DNA from: Eledone cirrhosa
Taxonomy: Eukaryota
Assembly: GCA_964016885.1 (NCBI GenBank)
Contig: OZ024746.1
Location: 26,784,001 to 26,848,000 of the forward strand
Length of the DNA stretch: 64,000 bases
Reading direction: 5' to 3'
Part shown: positions 16,106 to 31,107 of the stretch, one piece after another
Position numbering within the stretch: position 1 is the first letter of the stretch
Layout of the letters: every line of letters begins with the position of its first letter
Position numbers and translations under genes: made by a program
The notes under the pieces: generated by a model
Seen by the model: the letters and a program-made list of their open reading frames with translations, nothing else
Database searches by the model: none
Told to the model about the DNA's origin: nothing

Positions 16106-16153
16106 AATATGGTTTTATAAATATAGTTTCCATTTATTTAATATCGTATATAT

Positions 16154-16218
<65 letters not shown>

Positions 16219-16221
16219 TAT

Positions 16222-16907
16222 TTATCAGGTAAATGACCCATTCCCGATCGTGTACTTATTTAATTGTAAGATGTCTTTCTTCACATATTTTCCCATTTAT
16301 CCAATGATTATTCTTCAGTATCTTCTCTTTCTTTTCTTTTAATTATTCTATTTTAACTATCTATGTGTGTTGTAGGAGAAATTTTCACAGTTGGGGAGGT
16401 GACATTCAGTGTTCTACAATCATGTAGTTGCTGCTAAATGAGAGTTTACAATATTCTTTGTTTATTTTTGTAGTAATTGGGAAATTCCTACACTATAACC
16501 ATATCTATAGTCTAATGCTCTCCATAACTGACCATCTCTTCATCAATTTAGCTATTATTTATCTTGAAATTCATTATGAAATCTGTCTATAAATTTATTT
16601 ACACAGGGGCGTATGATTTCGCGAAGATTTAGTTCCTGCTTCTGTGTAGAAATCCCCAATATACCTAATTTAAATATTTATCACTGATCCAGAATGTAAT
16701 TATTCTCTTAAAATATAATAAAATATTTCTGGTTTTAATTACTGATGAAGTTTAAATATTTCCTTGTTTAATTAATAGAATCTTTAAACCTTTTTTTCTC
16801 CTCCAGATTGGTAATATACATTGGTTTTATACATCTCAACATGGATGACATTGATATATATTCTTTTATTTTCAGATATTCCAGTTGTTTTCAAAAGTAT
16901 AAAACAA
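16222..16907 (+). pseudogene. Inverted pseudo-copy of the cytokine-like gene (unit 2)
   Basis: Same structure with a longer intron-1 arm. The exon-2 remnant at 16807 has a TGG TAA stop. Confidence 0.8.
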
Positions 16908-18132
16908 GTAATACCCTCAGCGCCCCCAATCCTATTTCCAGAGAGACCTGCCTACACGCAAATTGTAAATAATATATAACAAATAAAATAGTTAATTTTT
17001 ATATAATAAAATAATGTAATATATTCTATGTATAAATAAATATTATATATTTTATATTTTACTATATTGATATATAATATTGTTATACTTGGGGAGGGTC
17101 ATATTTGTGTAATATTGCCAGAATTAATAATAGAACACACTTACTGTTGGGTTGGTTTTCGCTTTTCACTTCTGTGTCTTTTATATCGGTAATCTAATTT
17201 ATTCGGTCCTCAATGTTGCCATTCACTGCCCAACGGTCAAAAATAATACAGATACAATATAGACACAAACACATATATATATAGTTTATCAACGTTCTTT
17301 CGTTGTACATCTGCAACATCGTCAGTGGTGCTATTGTTTCCTCCCGTTACATTCTATTTTCTACGCCATCTTCATTTAGTCTGTTTATATATTTATTTAT
17401 TTGTTTATTTTATTTTGACTTCTTTGCGCATGCGTTTGCGTGTGTGTATAGTGTTTTGTTTGATGTGTGTTCGTGATTGGGTGACTGTGTATTGGTTAAT
17501 GTATTCTATCTTTACTAGTGTGTGTTTATATGTGTTTGTTGTTATTGTTGTCTATGTTACCGTCGTGTTGTCTGGCATGTTCGTATAGTACTGACCCGTT
17601 TTTTCGTCCTTTTAGTTCCCCCCAGTGTTGGTCTATCCTTTCACCTGTGCTACGAGCTGTCTCGCCTATGTATGTTGCTGTCATGTTTCTGCAAGTACCC
17701 TCTGTACATCTTATGCTATAGACTACGTTTCTAGCTTTACAATTTATCCGTATAAATTTTATATTTTATATTTTATATTTTATATTTCATATTTTATATT
17801 TTATATTTTATATTTTATATTTAATATACTATTATATCATTTCTATCGTCCCCTTAGGCCGAAGCACCCCAGGACCTTCTCAACGCTCTCGGGGTGGGGG
17901 CGTTAGCGTCCACTTTAAGAACCTTTGGTTTATGCGGTGGCATTTTTCCTCTGGTCAGTTCCCCATAAAATAACCGTTTAGGAAGCCCTTCATCTTCCAT
18001 CCTGCTCAAGTCACCTGCCCAATGCATCTAGCTCATTATAATCCTTATATCAATACTGGTGCTACCCGCTTTTACGGTACAGCAGTATCAGATGTGTAAG
18101 AGGACCACTTGATGTTCAGTAAGCGTGGGATA

Positions 18133-19055
18133 CAAGATAAATCACAATGAGTGGATTGATGATAATGATGTTGCAATCACCAAGCCTAGTGAAGAGAAAA
18201 ATAACTTGTATTGAAGTGTCTTGTTGCAGATGGTCCAGTGATGATCACTTTTGAGAAGACCTTCAAAGAAACAAAGTCAAAACTGCCATATAAATTTCTA
18301 AGAATGAAGAATAAATTATGGTCTGAAGTTTCAGCCGAGATTCAGAAAGATTATAACTGCAGAGAATTACAGCACAATAAGTTAAGCTTTTGGCTCAGCG
18401 CACTAAAACATGGCACCATTGAAGTAAAGAGATGGGAAAGCCCTCATCAAAGAGATGGACACAATGAAATTCTAGATTTTGATGGAATACCTGTTGAGCT
18501 GATCCGCTTTCGAGGTGACAATGTTGCTATGGCCATTCATAGACTAGTCTCATCAGTTTGGCATTGTGGGCCTATCCCGCAAGGCTGGGTAGATGCAATT
18601 TTGCTCTTGATTTACAATGGCAAGAGCTCCAGGTTTAAATGCGGTGGATATCGTAGTATAAGTCTGCTCGATTCGGAAGGGAATGTTGTATCCAAGGTCT
18701 TGCTGAATCGTCTAAATGGATCTGTCCTGGGGCCATCCCTGATAGCCAGGAACTAGGCGGAGTACTGTGGACAGGATTTTTGCAGTCCATCAGCTTATGG
18801 AGTGCGTTGAGCAGCAAGTGTCACTGTACAAAGTATTTGTGAACTTTATCAAAGCCTTTGATACTGTTAATCGTAGTACATTGTGAATCATATTGGGGAA
18901 ATTTGGATGACGTCACGAATTTGTTGGAATATGCAAAAAATTCCATCAAAATATGAAAACAAAAGTGAACTTCAACGGGACACTTTCAGAGCCAATTTCA
19001 ATGGCAAACGGTGTCTAGCAAGGTGGCATTCCTGCACCCACTCTGTTTACCATCA
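18133..19055 (+). mobile_element. Decayed RTE-clade LINE fragment (unit 2)
   Basis: Copy of 1690-2612. Confidence 0.85.
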
Positions 19056-20092
19056 ATGACCATATCTTTCTTAATCGGGTGAAATATTCTCTGGTTACGC
19101 GTTCCTTGTCACCGATACCATCATAGGATATATTCTCATCTATCCCTAGGTATCTGTAGCAGTTCTTGTCAGATATCGGTGAAACAATTAAGCTATTGAT
19201 AAAAATGTTGCTAGATTGGCTTGTAGTTTTTCCCCGTTTTACAATCACATATGAACATTTAGGATAAATTCCATTCCTATATCCTTTGAGAATGCCGTGA
19301 CCAGGTCAAGATTTTTCTTCATCTCATTTATCTTTTTGGCATAGAGTTTCAGGTCATCCACAAAGAAATTATCGGTTAGGTTCCTATTTCTCTCCTCCTG
19401 GGAACCAATTATGTATCCTTCACATTTCTTGAGCAGAAAGAACAAGGGGTTTAATGACAGAATAAATAGTAACACAGAGAGAATATACTCCTGTGATATT
19501 ATATTTCATCAGTTAAAATAGCATCCTTCTCCTCTGTTTTTAACTTTAGGATAGTAGCCCAAGAAGAAGATAGGTTCTCTATGGCTCTGATAATAGTATC
19601 TTGGACTATCATCCAAGAGTGGGGAACAGAACTTTCCTGTAGTCCAGCCAGACTGTAACCACATTCTTGCTAAGTTGTTGCATCTCTCATTCCAGCTGCT
19701 TGCTCATCTGTTATGATGTTATTATTGTCGCAGGGATTTTGGAGAAATAGGTTCAAGCAGGCTGCATACATTTTATACATTAGATTCTGGCATGCAACGT
19801 GTGGGTAGTTATTTTTTTAAATTCCAAATGGGTGTCTTTGGAAACCAATATTGTTTGTGTTAATGTCAACACCCCTGGTATATGTGCATCTCCCAGGAGG
19901 GCTTTCTGGTAGAGGTTGATCATATACATCCGATAGAATGTCAGTTTTTTGTACAAGTAGCCAATAATCAAGTCTCTTCCTGCTGTTTTATTAGCTTGGA
20001 GGTTTCCTATCACAGTCTGAAGGGTATCATCATTTAATCTGTATGGATTTGTTGCAGTGTAGGGGCAGTAGTTCTTCTGCATTTATAGGTGG
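19056..20092 (-). mobile_element. Decayed R4/Dong-like RT fragment (unit 2, long form, +367 bp)
   Basis: As unit 1, plus 19726-20092 encoding NKTAGRDLIIGYLYKKL...TILVSK. Confidence 0.75.
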
Positions 20093-21050
20093 AACTAGGA
20101 CCAATACAACCGAATTAAGCTGAGGAAATGGTAATTCAAACAATTTAATTTTAATGATACTTCCAAAACTGGCTCCTTGTCTCATTAGAATTAAAACTGC
20201 TAGATCAGCAGTAGGAAATATTTTTATGCCGGTATACACACTTAGAAATTAACTGACATTCAATGAAGCCACAATTTGAAAAACATATAGTCCCGCTAAA
20301 GTTCAAGCCTTTGGAAATATATAATTTCGAATGTAGTTGTTACTTTTCGTAACAATCATAATAAATTGAACAGATTAACGTTCAATATAATGAAATCAGC
20401 AAGAACGTTCTGCTTCTTTCAGTTGGCAGTAAATATTATTTTGGAAAGTTCGATATAAATATCTCAACCCTGTGTCAGAGTTTTTTCATGTTTGCCAGAC
20501 CATCACCAATATTGTTATAGCGAAGTTTATTGTGAAATAAACCTTCAATCATATACTGTATATGATATACATTTCAAAGTATATTATATATATAATATGA
20601 ATACATTACACATTATAATAAATTGTAAACAAACGAAAGTAAGGTTTAAAAAAGTCGAACTTAATATAAATTCAATATCTTTAATGTTTCAATAAAAAAA
20701 ATATAAATATAAAAAGTTTATATAACAAATAATTATCTAAAATATAGATATATATTTTACAGTTCCAGTTTGGTGTTATCAATAATACCATTTCAGTAGG
20801 ATTATAAATTTAAAGAAATGATACATAATATTACATAGGATATAAATGTAGAGTTCTCTGTTATATATCAAGCATTACAGAGAAATTAGATAAAATATTC
20901 ATATTTTTAGAAAATATATTTACAAAATTACAACAGTATTGTTGAGAATTGAAGCTGAAACACTTCTACATATTTATAACGATACACTTGTATCTGGGTG
21001 TCTAACTGACAGGGGTACCAAGGAATATTATAGATTGAGCATTAGATATT

Positions 21051-22179
21051 TCACATGTATGATTTAAGTATTTGTTGAATATGGTTTATATGTTCAAGAA
21101 GAGTATGTAGTGTAACCATGGTAAACCATCGATGTTCAATGATTGGAATATCTGTTGGTTCAAAGAGACTATCATCCACATCCTCATTGTTTTGGACTTT
21201 CGAAGACAACTGAAATATCTGAAAATAAAAGGATATATATCAGGATAAAATATACTCATATAATCTTACATATATATGTATATACAGATATGCTATTAAC
21301 GCTCTTACGTTAGTTTGAGCTTTATACTTTATACATATGTATTATCAAAGAATTTGCATTACTTAAATGTTGGTAGTATAACTCCTATATAAAGTATCTA
21401 CTGTAGAAACTTCATTTCATTATAGGAAATATCAAATCAATTAACAATGGATATATTATATTATCAATACTTACTGGTAAACTTAGTAGAATTTTCAGAT
21501 CAAATAAGTAATAAACAGTCTGTCTTAGATAACAATAGAATATAGCATCTGATGTTCGTGTGAGTTTAGAACAAGCAGCTGGGTAGTAACACTGTGCCCC
21601 TATACGTGTGGCAGGAGCACACAGATTGTCATATTCTCTCTTCACCTGATTCTTCATCACAACAACATATTTATTAAGGGTTGTAGACATGTTGAACAGA
21701 GACATCTGTAATGAAGAATTGTGAGAAATTATATATTTCAGAATCACTGTCATTTCTATAAAATGTATTATGAGTTCATGAGACAATAAACATAAGATGT
21801 TCAAAGCTAATATATTGTTTTGTCTTAATTTTATGATATTGTGCTAATGATAGAAATATATATATACAAACCTTTAATAAATCAATGTTGTTGACGGTGA
21901 TATTGTCCTGAATATTCATCTGTGGAAATTTAACATCCATATTGTGGAGTAACTTGTTTATAAATTGTGGACAGCTTTTAGCAAACAGCAATGGAGCATT
22001 ATTACACTGTAGAAAAATATATAACACTTTATGAGATAGGATGGAGAGTCTGACACATGATATATAGAACACATTATTTTAATTTAAATTATACTAATAT
22101 ATCTATTATAAATATTCATCTGAGTGAGAAAGTCAGAGTGATAGAGACAGAGAGAGAGAGAGACAGAGAGAGAGGGAGG

Positions 22180-22254
<75 letters not shown>

Positions 22255-23216
22255 CAATTGATAAAGATAGAAAATTAAAGAGAGAAAGAGAGAGAGCGAG
22301 AGAGAGGTAGTAAGAAAAGATTGGGAAAAGTAATGAATTCTTAACTTACATAATTAATCAAAGTATTGTTTACGGCTGCTGTGGTTCTTTTTGTTAACGT
22401 CAATGCCGTATCTATTTCAGTTTTTATATCAGATATATCAGATAATTCAGTTGTTGTTGTTGTAGATTGTATAGGTAATCCATGGATCAATGTCATCCAT
22501 GTTGAGAGACATAAAACCAATGTATATTGCCAATCTGGAGGAGAAAAAAAGGTATAAAGATTTTATTAATTAAACAAGGAAATATTTAAACTTTATCAGT
22601 AATTAATACGAGAAATATTTTATTATATTTTAAGAGAAGAATTAGATTCTGGAACATTGATGAATATTTAAATTAGGAATATTGGGGATTTCTACACAGA
22701 AGCAGGAACTAAATCTTCGCGAAATCATACCCCACTGTGTAAACAAAATTATAGACAGATTTCATAATGAATTTCAAGATAATCAATAACTAAATTGATG
22801 ACGAGATGCTTAGTTATGGAGAGCCTTAGACTATAGTATGGTTGTAGTGTACTACAAAAATAAACAAACAATATTATAAACTCTCATTTAGCAGCAACTA
22901 TATGGTTGTAGAACACTGAATGTCACCTCCCCAACTGTGAACATTCCTCCTACAACACACATAGATAGATAAAATAGAATAATTATAAGAAAAGAAAGAG
23001 AAGATACTCAAGAATAATCATTGGATAAATGGGAAAGTGTGTGAAGAAAGACATCTTACAATTAAGCACACGATCACATAACTGATGGGGAATGGGTCAT
23101 TTACCTGAGATATATATATATATATATATATAATTAATACATTAACAGAGAAAGCCTTAAGCGATACTCTGACCAACTCCATCTCACTCAACAAACATTA
23201 GGATATACCTATATAA

Positions 23217-23247
<31 letters not shown>

Positions 23248-23303
23248 ACAACTCAAACAGCAATATTACAGTGACTATAACATAGAATATTCTACTTACA
23301 CAT
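21051..23303 (-). CDS. IL-6/G-CSF-like secreted helical protein, copy 2 (intact)
   Basis: Exons 23303-23300, 22534-22350, 22006-21872, 21705-21475, 21218-21051. Lengths and splice sites match copy 1. Variants: CNNAP, KNQ, PAAC, LRQ, IFQL, DDSLFEP. Confidence 0.85.
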
Positions 23304-24570
23304 GTTGATCTTTTATAAATTTGTTAGAGGAAATATAAGTTAATGTGAGACGTCAGTAAATTTGCTTGTACTCTTTTGAATACAATTAATAAATGATAGT
23401 CAATAGAATTATAATGTGACTTTATATACTTACCAGTGAAACTTATATATTTGGAAATACCGTTGATATATATTGAAGATGGAGAATTTGAAAGTTCCCA
23501 ACATCCATAGTTTACTATTTAGATGAGAATAGATTTACTTTCAGTTGTAGAGACCGGCGTATCTATTTATAATCCCAATTTTAGTAGGAGAGATAAAAGT
23601 AGAGGGGGAGAAAGACGGAGTGAGAGAATGGTGAAAGAAAAAAATAGAAAATTAAGTGAGAGGGAGAGGGGGAGAGAGAGGCGGCGGGAGAGAGTGAAAG
23701 TAATACGTAGGATGGAGGACGTGTGAGTGGAGGGAGAAGGAGAGAGTAGTTAATTGTAACAATGAATAACTATTTTTATCTTAATTTTAGGTCAAAAGTC
23801 TATTTTACTTTATTTCATTGATGGGAAACATTTATTTCGTAGAAGTGTCATTTTAAACATTTAGAATCACACACAAACACAAATCTTGGTTTTATATATA
23901 TTATGTTTCTGTCAGAGCCAAAACTTCCAACAAAGATTTTGATGCTAAGAAGTAAATGCTATTTATGTTAAAATATTTGTGTTTTTCATATTGTAATATT
24001 TTCAATTTCTTCTGATAAAGAAATTCGCGTTTAATTTATTGTGTATTGTTTTGTTTGTCTGTTTGTTTTGTTGTTTTTTTTTTATTTTATTTTCGATATT
24101 CCATAACCTCCGCTGAGAAAATACCACAATTCTTGGGATATTCCACACTTTCATTGTGAAACATAAGACGGAAGTGTTACAATACATGTGACCTCCTACA
24201 CAGCATCACACTGTCATAGTAATAGTAAAATATATGTCAATTTCCATAAACGCTGAAACATAACTGAAAGTAAACAATTATCATTTAGTAAATATAGAAT
24301 ATTAAAGAGGTTATATTTTATATTACGTGCATGTGGTTAGAATGTCTGAAGAATGAATCAATGGACAGATTTGACGGACAAAACCAACTGGCAGGGTATC
24401 CTGGGTGCAACCCGAGTAAGACGGTAGGGTAAAATACATGAGATCGGCTGGTCTCAATTGAGTATCCAGCCAGATCAAATATTGATTAAATAGATCATCA
24501 ATAGTTTTGGAGGATTGTGAGTCATCCTTCTCTCTCCGTATTACATGAGTTATAAATCATAGGTTTGTTA

Positions 24571-24975
24571 ATTTTCTCCAGTGTATAGGTGTGGTGATTT
24601 TCTCCAGTCTATAGGTGTGGTGATTTTCTCCAGTCTATAGGTGTGGTGATTTTCTCCAGTCTATAGGTGTGGTGGTGATTTTCTCCAGTCTATAGGTGTG
24701 GTGATTTTCTCCAGTCTATAGGTGTGGTGATTTTCTCCAGTCTATAGGTGTGGTGGTGATTTTCTCCAGTCTATAGGTGTGGTGATTTTCTCCAGTCTAT
24801 AGGTGTGGTGATTTTCTCCAGTCTATAGGTGTGGTGATTTTCTCCAGTCTCTAGGTGTCGGGGATTTTCTCCTGTCTATAGGTGTGGTGATTTTCTCCAG
24901 TCTATAGGTGTGGTTATTTTCTCCTGTCTATAGGTATGGTGATTTTTTCCAGTCTATAGGTGTCGGGGATTTTCT
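24571..24975. repeat. 26-bp minisatellite, ~15 copies
   Basis: Same repeat, unit 2. Confidence 0.95.
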
Positions 24976-26670
24976 TCAAGATTTGTAAGCCGTATATTTA
25001 GTTTGACTTAGTACAATATTTCTATGAGTGAACTACTTGAGTGTCTGGTTGATGTGTTAATGTTACTACAATAGAAATAATTACCTATAGGAAAATAATA
25101 ATAGTATGCACAGTTCATTACTGGTATCTTTGGATCAACACATCTATCAACAAATCTACCAACTAATCTATCAGATGTCACGATAAATCTCTGGTCAAAA
25201 TATTTACCATTAATCACTTGTTTGTACACTTCTCTTTTATTTTAAACCTATTCATCGTGTTGGAGTTCTTCAGGTTGGTTCCTTCCGATCCTTTGGAACA
25301 CATAATAATTGATTGTGTACACCTGTCTGCAGAGAATCTTGAAACAATTTAGTAATCAAAATTCAATATATATATATATATATAGTGACGAAACATAAGT
25401 CAATTGCATGAACTCATAATCCTTTATTTACTGCTATATATATTTCGATGATAGCCATTGAATGGCTATGACCTCATCGGGCAGTTAGTCAGTTCTTAGA
25501 TATGCCAGCTCTGTGTTTATAGTGTTGATGGTATCAGAGCCTTGGGACATATATATATATGGTAGGGGGGTGTAGGCATGATTCTCATGTTGAATACAGA
25601 AAATATTTATGCATCAGTCATGTAATAAGAAATGATACTAATAATTACTCCTGACAGAAATCTAAGAGAAAACATTCAAGGAAAAAAGGTGTAGCTAATC
25701 AAAATGACTTCAGTACATCACAGGTGTTATTTTATTGATTTTCGATGATTTGAAATCAAACCTTAATGACATAACTAATTAACGTGAATCTAACATCTAA
25801 CCTAATGATAATTGTTTATATTAATATCATTTTTTGCATAGACACAATAGCACAAAGCATAATCTATTATATCTATTTTGGTACAATATGCTATATTATC
25901 TATTATATCTACTTTGGTACAGTATGCTATATTATGTTCTCGTCATTATTATTGTTTGTGTCATGGCTTCAGTTTATGGTTTCTATGGCTTTATTTAGTT
26001 TATGTTTTTTTTCATCAGAATCCGGCATATTTGGGGACAAATCAGTGTCAACCAGGACACATTAATAAGCCGGATGGAATAACGTGACTGATCATACAAA
26101 CTGAGGTAATCCCGGCCACAACAGGAAATACAGTCTGTCTATCCACATACATTTATACATATAAACTGATCTCCATTCCTTTTACTGTAACACAACTAAT
26201 ATGTGGCTGGGTACTAATGTTAAACATTACTATTATTATTCGGATCCGGCTATCAGCTGAGTTTATCATAAAGACTGCCCCACCGCCCTTTTTAACCAGG
26301 AACGGTAGGCAGTTTTTATCTGCCTAATGGCCATGGTGATAGAGATCATATGTTTTTAGGATTCACTTGAAAAGGAAAATCGGGGTGGAGAGGGAAGTGC
26401 TGATTTCCAGCCAGTTTATTGAAAGATGGGTGAGAGATGTAATAATGGCCCGTGTGAATGTGTCTGCCCTGAGCGTGTGCCTGTATTACTGAAGGAAGAC
26501 AATGCTTGCCTTAACAGTCTGGGTGACCTTGGCTTATGTAGGCTTTCTCCACATGTACCCATTGGAGTCTCCTCGCCTTTGGGGATTTATGTTTGTTGTT
26601 TTAAATGTTTATTGCGTTAATATCTGTTATAAATATTATTTTACACAAAAAAATCTACAAGAAAGCATTT

Positions 26671-26773
26671 GGGAGTACCGGTAGAGCGTAGAGTTAAGTC
26701 CCTTTACATTCTGAGTTCAAATCCCGCCGCGGTTAACTTTGCCTTTCTTCCTTACGGGGTCGATAAAATAAAG
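26671..26773 (+). mobile_element. tRNA-derived SINE fragment (octopus-type body)
   Basis: ggtagagcg (A-box-like), gagttcaaatcc (B-box), then aactttgcctttc...ggggtcgataaaataa, a body I recall from abundant Octopus SINEs. Truncated in unit 1. Confidence 0.7.
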
Positions 26774-27593
26774 CAGCAATTTAAACATTCATACCTGATA
26801 TACATAAACAAAATATTATCTTGCTTCACACCCACCCGCACACACACATACACATATGTGTGTGTGTGTCTGTCTGTGTGTGTGTAAATAAACAACCAGG
26901 ATTAAATTAAATCATTTAATATTTTACGAATGATACATAAAAGAAAAGAATGAAACTAAATGTAGTTGAAATAGATGTTGATAAATGTAAAAGTTTGTGT
27001 TTACAAATGTTTAATTGTTCTTTTCAAGTGGCTTGGGAAATACACTATTGAGGCAATAATTTCTTCGTTATTTTGATAGATAGATTTATTTATTTATTTT
27101 GATAGATAGTAACCGGATACTACTAATAAACTTACATTAATATATTGCCATTTATACATAATCAATCATTAATTAATACACATTGCCTTCAATTAACAAA
27201 GTATTTATGACAAACTTATAAAATATGCAATATTTGAAAATATCGGATTGAAAATATGTAAAAATATAGCCCCGACATAAAATTTTATGAGGAACATCAA
27301 ATTAAGCCCTGTACTTAATCAGCCATTAAATTTATTCTTCTCAATATTTTACTAAACTTTTAGACACATTCAATTTTTTCCAAACATCAGTTGTTAAAAT
27401 GTTACCCAAACACACATGGTACTGTTTCGAAAATTACTTTTGAATTATATTTGTATACACAGATAATTAAGACTTTACAAAATAAAGTGTTCAAAAACTA
27501 TTTTTTTTTTACTTTCTCTCTCTCATACTCTCACTCTCGACACAAACACATACATTCATGCAGACACACAAACACACACATCTTTTGATCTTA

Positions 27594-27815
<222 letters not shown>

Positions 27816-27995
27816 TAAGATCAAAAGATGTTTAAATGTGTTCCATGTATTTTATTATGCGCATTTCAAAGACAAATATCATCATGCAATAACATTTGTG
27901 TTTTCATCAGATAAAATAGGAGGACATGATATGCAGGTTAAAAACACTTGTGGATAGTGCAGTTTTAATATCGTACTACAATAAAACTCACCTCC

Positions 27996-28082
<87 letters not shown>

Positions 28083-28558
28083 TTACATATATATATTTAT
28101 ATATATATACATTTACATATATATATATATATATATATATGGTAAAACCCAGATAGACCATAACCCACCAGAGTACTTGATATTTGGGGTAGTAGAGTGG
28201 GTAACATGAAAAGATTCAGGACCCCGACGGCTGAACTCCGGCCGTTTCGACAGCTAGATCAAAACTAAAGCGCCAGTAGTCGTGATTAAGGAAGTGGTTT
28301 TTATACCGGCTCTCTCACATACCCACATATCTCCAGGATTCGTTTCTTGATATTGATTCAATGAAGAGACCTCAGATCGTAAATTATCGCTGGGTTGATG
28401 CATTTTTGATCCTGCGGTCATGACTCCGATTATTTACAAGAACATTCAATTTACCAATTCATTTACTTCGGCACAGGTTGAAAGAGTTGTCCCTCCGGCC
28501 CACGAAACGTACGACTCTCGTATGGCGCCATTGTAGTAACAACAAATGTAGAAGAACA

Positions 28559-29096
28559 TTGTAGGAGAAATTTTCACAGTTGGGGAGGTGACGTTCAGTG
28601 TTCTACAATCATGTAGTTGCTGCTAAATGAGAGTTTACAATATTCTTTGTTTATTTTTGTAGTAATTGGGACATTCCTACACTATAACCATATCTATAGT
28701 CTAATGCTCTCCATAACTGACCATCTCTTCATCAATTTAGCTATTATTTATCTTGAAATTCATTATGAAATCTGTTTATAAATTTATTTACACAGTGGCG
28801 TATGATTTCGCGAAGATTTAGTTCCTGCTTCTGTGTAGAAATCCCCAATATACCTAATTTAAATATTTATCACTGATCCAGAATGTAATTATTCTCTTAA
28901 AATATAATAAAATATTTCTGGTTTTAATTACTGATGAAGTTTAAATATTTCCTTGTTTAATTAATAGAATCTTTAAACCTTTTTTTCTCCTCCAGATTGG
29001 CAATATACATTGGTTTTATACATCTCAACATGGATGACATTGATATATATTCTTTTATTTTCAGATATTCCAGTTGTTTTCAAAAGTCCAAAACAA
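28559..29096 (+). pseudogene. Inverted pseudo-copy of the cytokine-like gene (unit 3)
   Basis: Same intron-1 / exon-2 / exon-5 fusion as 1-480. Confidence 0.8.
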
Positions 29097-30184
29097 GTAA
29101 TACCCTCAGCGCCCCCAATCCTATTTCCAGAGAGACCTGCCTACACGCAAGTTGTAAATAATATATAACAAATAAAATAGTTAATTTTTATATAATAAAA
29201 TAATGTAATATATTCTATGTATAAATAAATATTATATATTTTTTATTTTACTATATTGATATATATTGTTATACTTGGGGAGGGTCATATTTGTGTAATA
29301 TTGCCAGAATTAATAATAGAACACACTTACTGTTGGGTTGGTTTTCGCTTTTCACTTCTGTTTCTTTTATATCGGTAATCTAATTTATTCGGTCCTCGAT
29401 GTTGCCATTCACTGACCAACAGTCAAAAATAATACAGATACAATATAGACACAAACACATATATATAGTTTATCAAAGTTCTTTCGTTGTACATCTTTAA
29501 CATCGTCAGTGGTGCTATTGTTTCCTCCCGTTACATTCTATTTTCTACGCCATCTTCATTTAGTCTGTTTATATATTTATTTATTTGTTTATTTTATTTT
29601 GACTTCTTTGCGCATGCGTTTGCGTGTGTGTATAGTGTTTTGTTTGATGTGTGTTCGTGATTGGGTGACTGTGTATTGGTTAATGTATTCTATCTTTACT
29701 AGTGTGTGTTGGTCTATCCTTTCACCTGTGCTACAAGCTGTCTCGCCTATGTATGTTGCTGTCATGTTTCTGCAAGTAACCTCTGTACATCTTATGCAAT
29801 AGACTACGTTTCTAGTTTTACAATTTATCCGTATAAATTTTATATTTTATATTTTATATTTTATATTTTATATTTTATATACTATTATATCATCTCAATC
29901 GTCCCCTTAGGCCGAAGCACCCCAGGACCTTCTCAACGCCCCGGGGTGGGGGCATTAGCGTCCACTTTAAGAACCTTTGGTTTATGCGGTGGCATTTTTC
30001 CTCTGGTCAGTTCCCCATAAAATAACCGTTTAGGAAGCCCTTCATCTTCCATCCTGCTCAAGTCACCTGCCCAATGCATCTAGCTCATTATAATCCTTAT
30101 CTCAATACTGGTGCTACCCGCTTTTACGGTACAGCAGTATCAGATGTGTAAGAGGACCACTTGATGTTCAGTAAGCGTGGGATA

Positions 30185-31107
30185 CAAGATAAATCACAAT
30201 GAGTGGATTGATGATAATGATGTTGCAATCACCAAGCCTAGTGAAGAGAAAAATAACTTGTATTGAAGTGTCTTGTTGCAGATGGTCCAGTGATGATCAC
30301 TTTTGAGAAGACCTTCAAAGAAACAAAGTCAAAACTGCCATATAAATTTCTAAGAATGAAGAATAAATTATGGTCTGAAGTTTCAGCCGAGATTCAGAAA
30401 GATTATAACTGCAGAGAATTACAGCACAATACGTTAAGCTTTTGGCTCAGCGCACTAAAACATGGCACCATTGAAGTAAAGAGATGGGAAAGCCCTCATC
30501 AAAGAGATGGACACAATGAAACTCTAGATTTTGATGGAATACCTGTTGAGCTGATCCGCTTTCGAGGTGACAATGTTGCTATGGCCATTCATAGACTAGT
30601 CTCATCAGTTTGGCATTGTGAGCCTATCCCGCAAGGCTGGGTAGATGCAATTTTGCTCTTGATTTACAATGGCAAGAGCTCCAGGTTTAAATGCGGTGGA
30701 TATCGTAGTATAAGTCTGCTCGATTCGGAAGGGAATGTTGTATCCAAGGTCTTGCTGAATCGTCTAAATGGATCTGTCCTGGGGCCATCCCTGATAGCCA
30801 GGAACTAGGCGGAGTACTGTGGACAGGATTTTTGCAGTCCATCAGCTTCTGGAGTGCGTTGAGCAGCAAGTGTCAGAGTACAAAGTATTTGTGAACTTTA
30901 TCAAAGCCTTTGATACTGTTAATCGTAGTACATTGTGAATCATATTGGGGAAATTTGGATGACGTCACGAATTTGTTGGAATATGCAAAAAATTCCATCA
31001 AAATATGAAAACAAAAGTGAACTTCAACGGGACACTTTCAGAGCCAATTTCAATGGCAAACGGTGTCTAGCAAGGTGGCATTCCTGCACCCACTCTGTTT
31101 ACCATCA
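30185..31107 (+). mobile_element. Decayed RTE-clade LINE fragment (unit 3)
   Basis: Copy of 1690-2612. Confidence 0.85.

Larger units (their letters stand above)
12075..16148 (+). mobile_element. Penelope-like retroelement (Neptune-type), near full length, in a (TA)n tract
   Basis: Contains an RT + GIY-YIG ORF. 150-bp direct repeats (pLTR) at 12200-12349 and 15999-16148. A 126-bp 5' inverted repeat at 12075-12200 / 12312-12437. Flanked by (TA)n. Confidence 0.93.

Noticed and set aside
25008-25229. 73-aa minus ORF with RFIVTSD, resembling an SF3 helicase motif C
   Set aside because: No Walker A or B nearby, it is frameshifted in unit 1, and adjacent frames look like decayed LINE RT.
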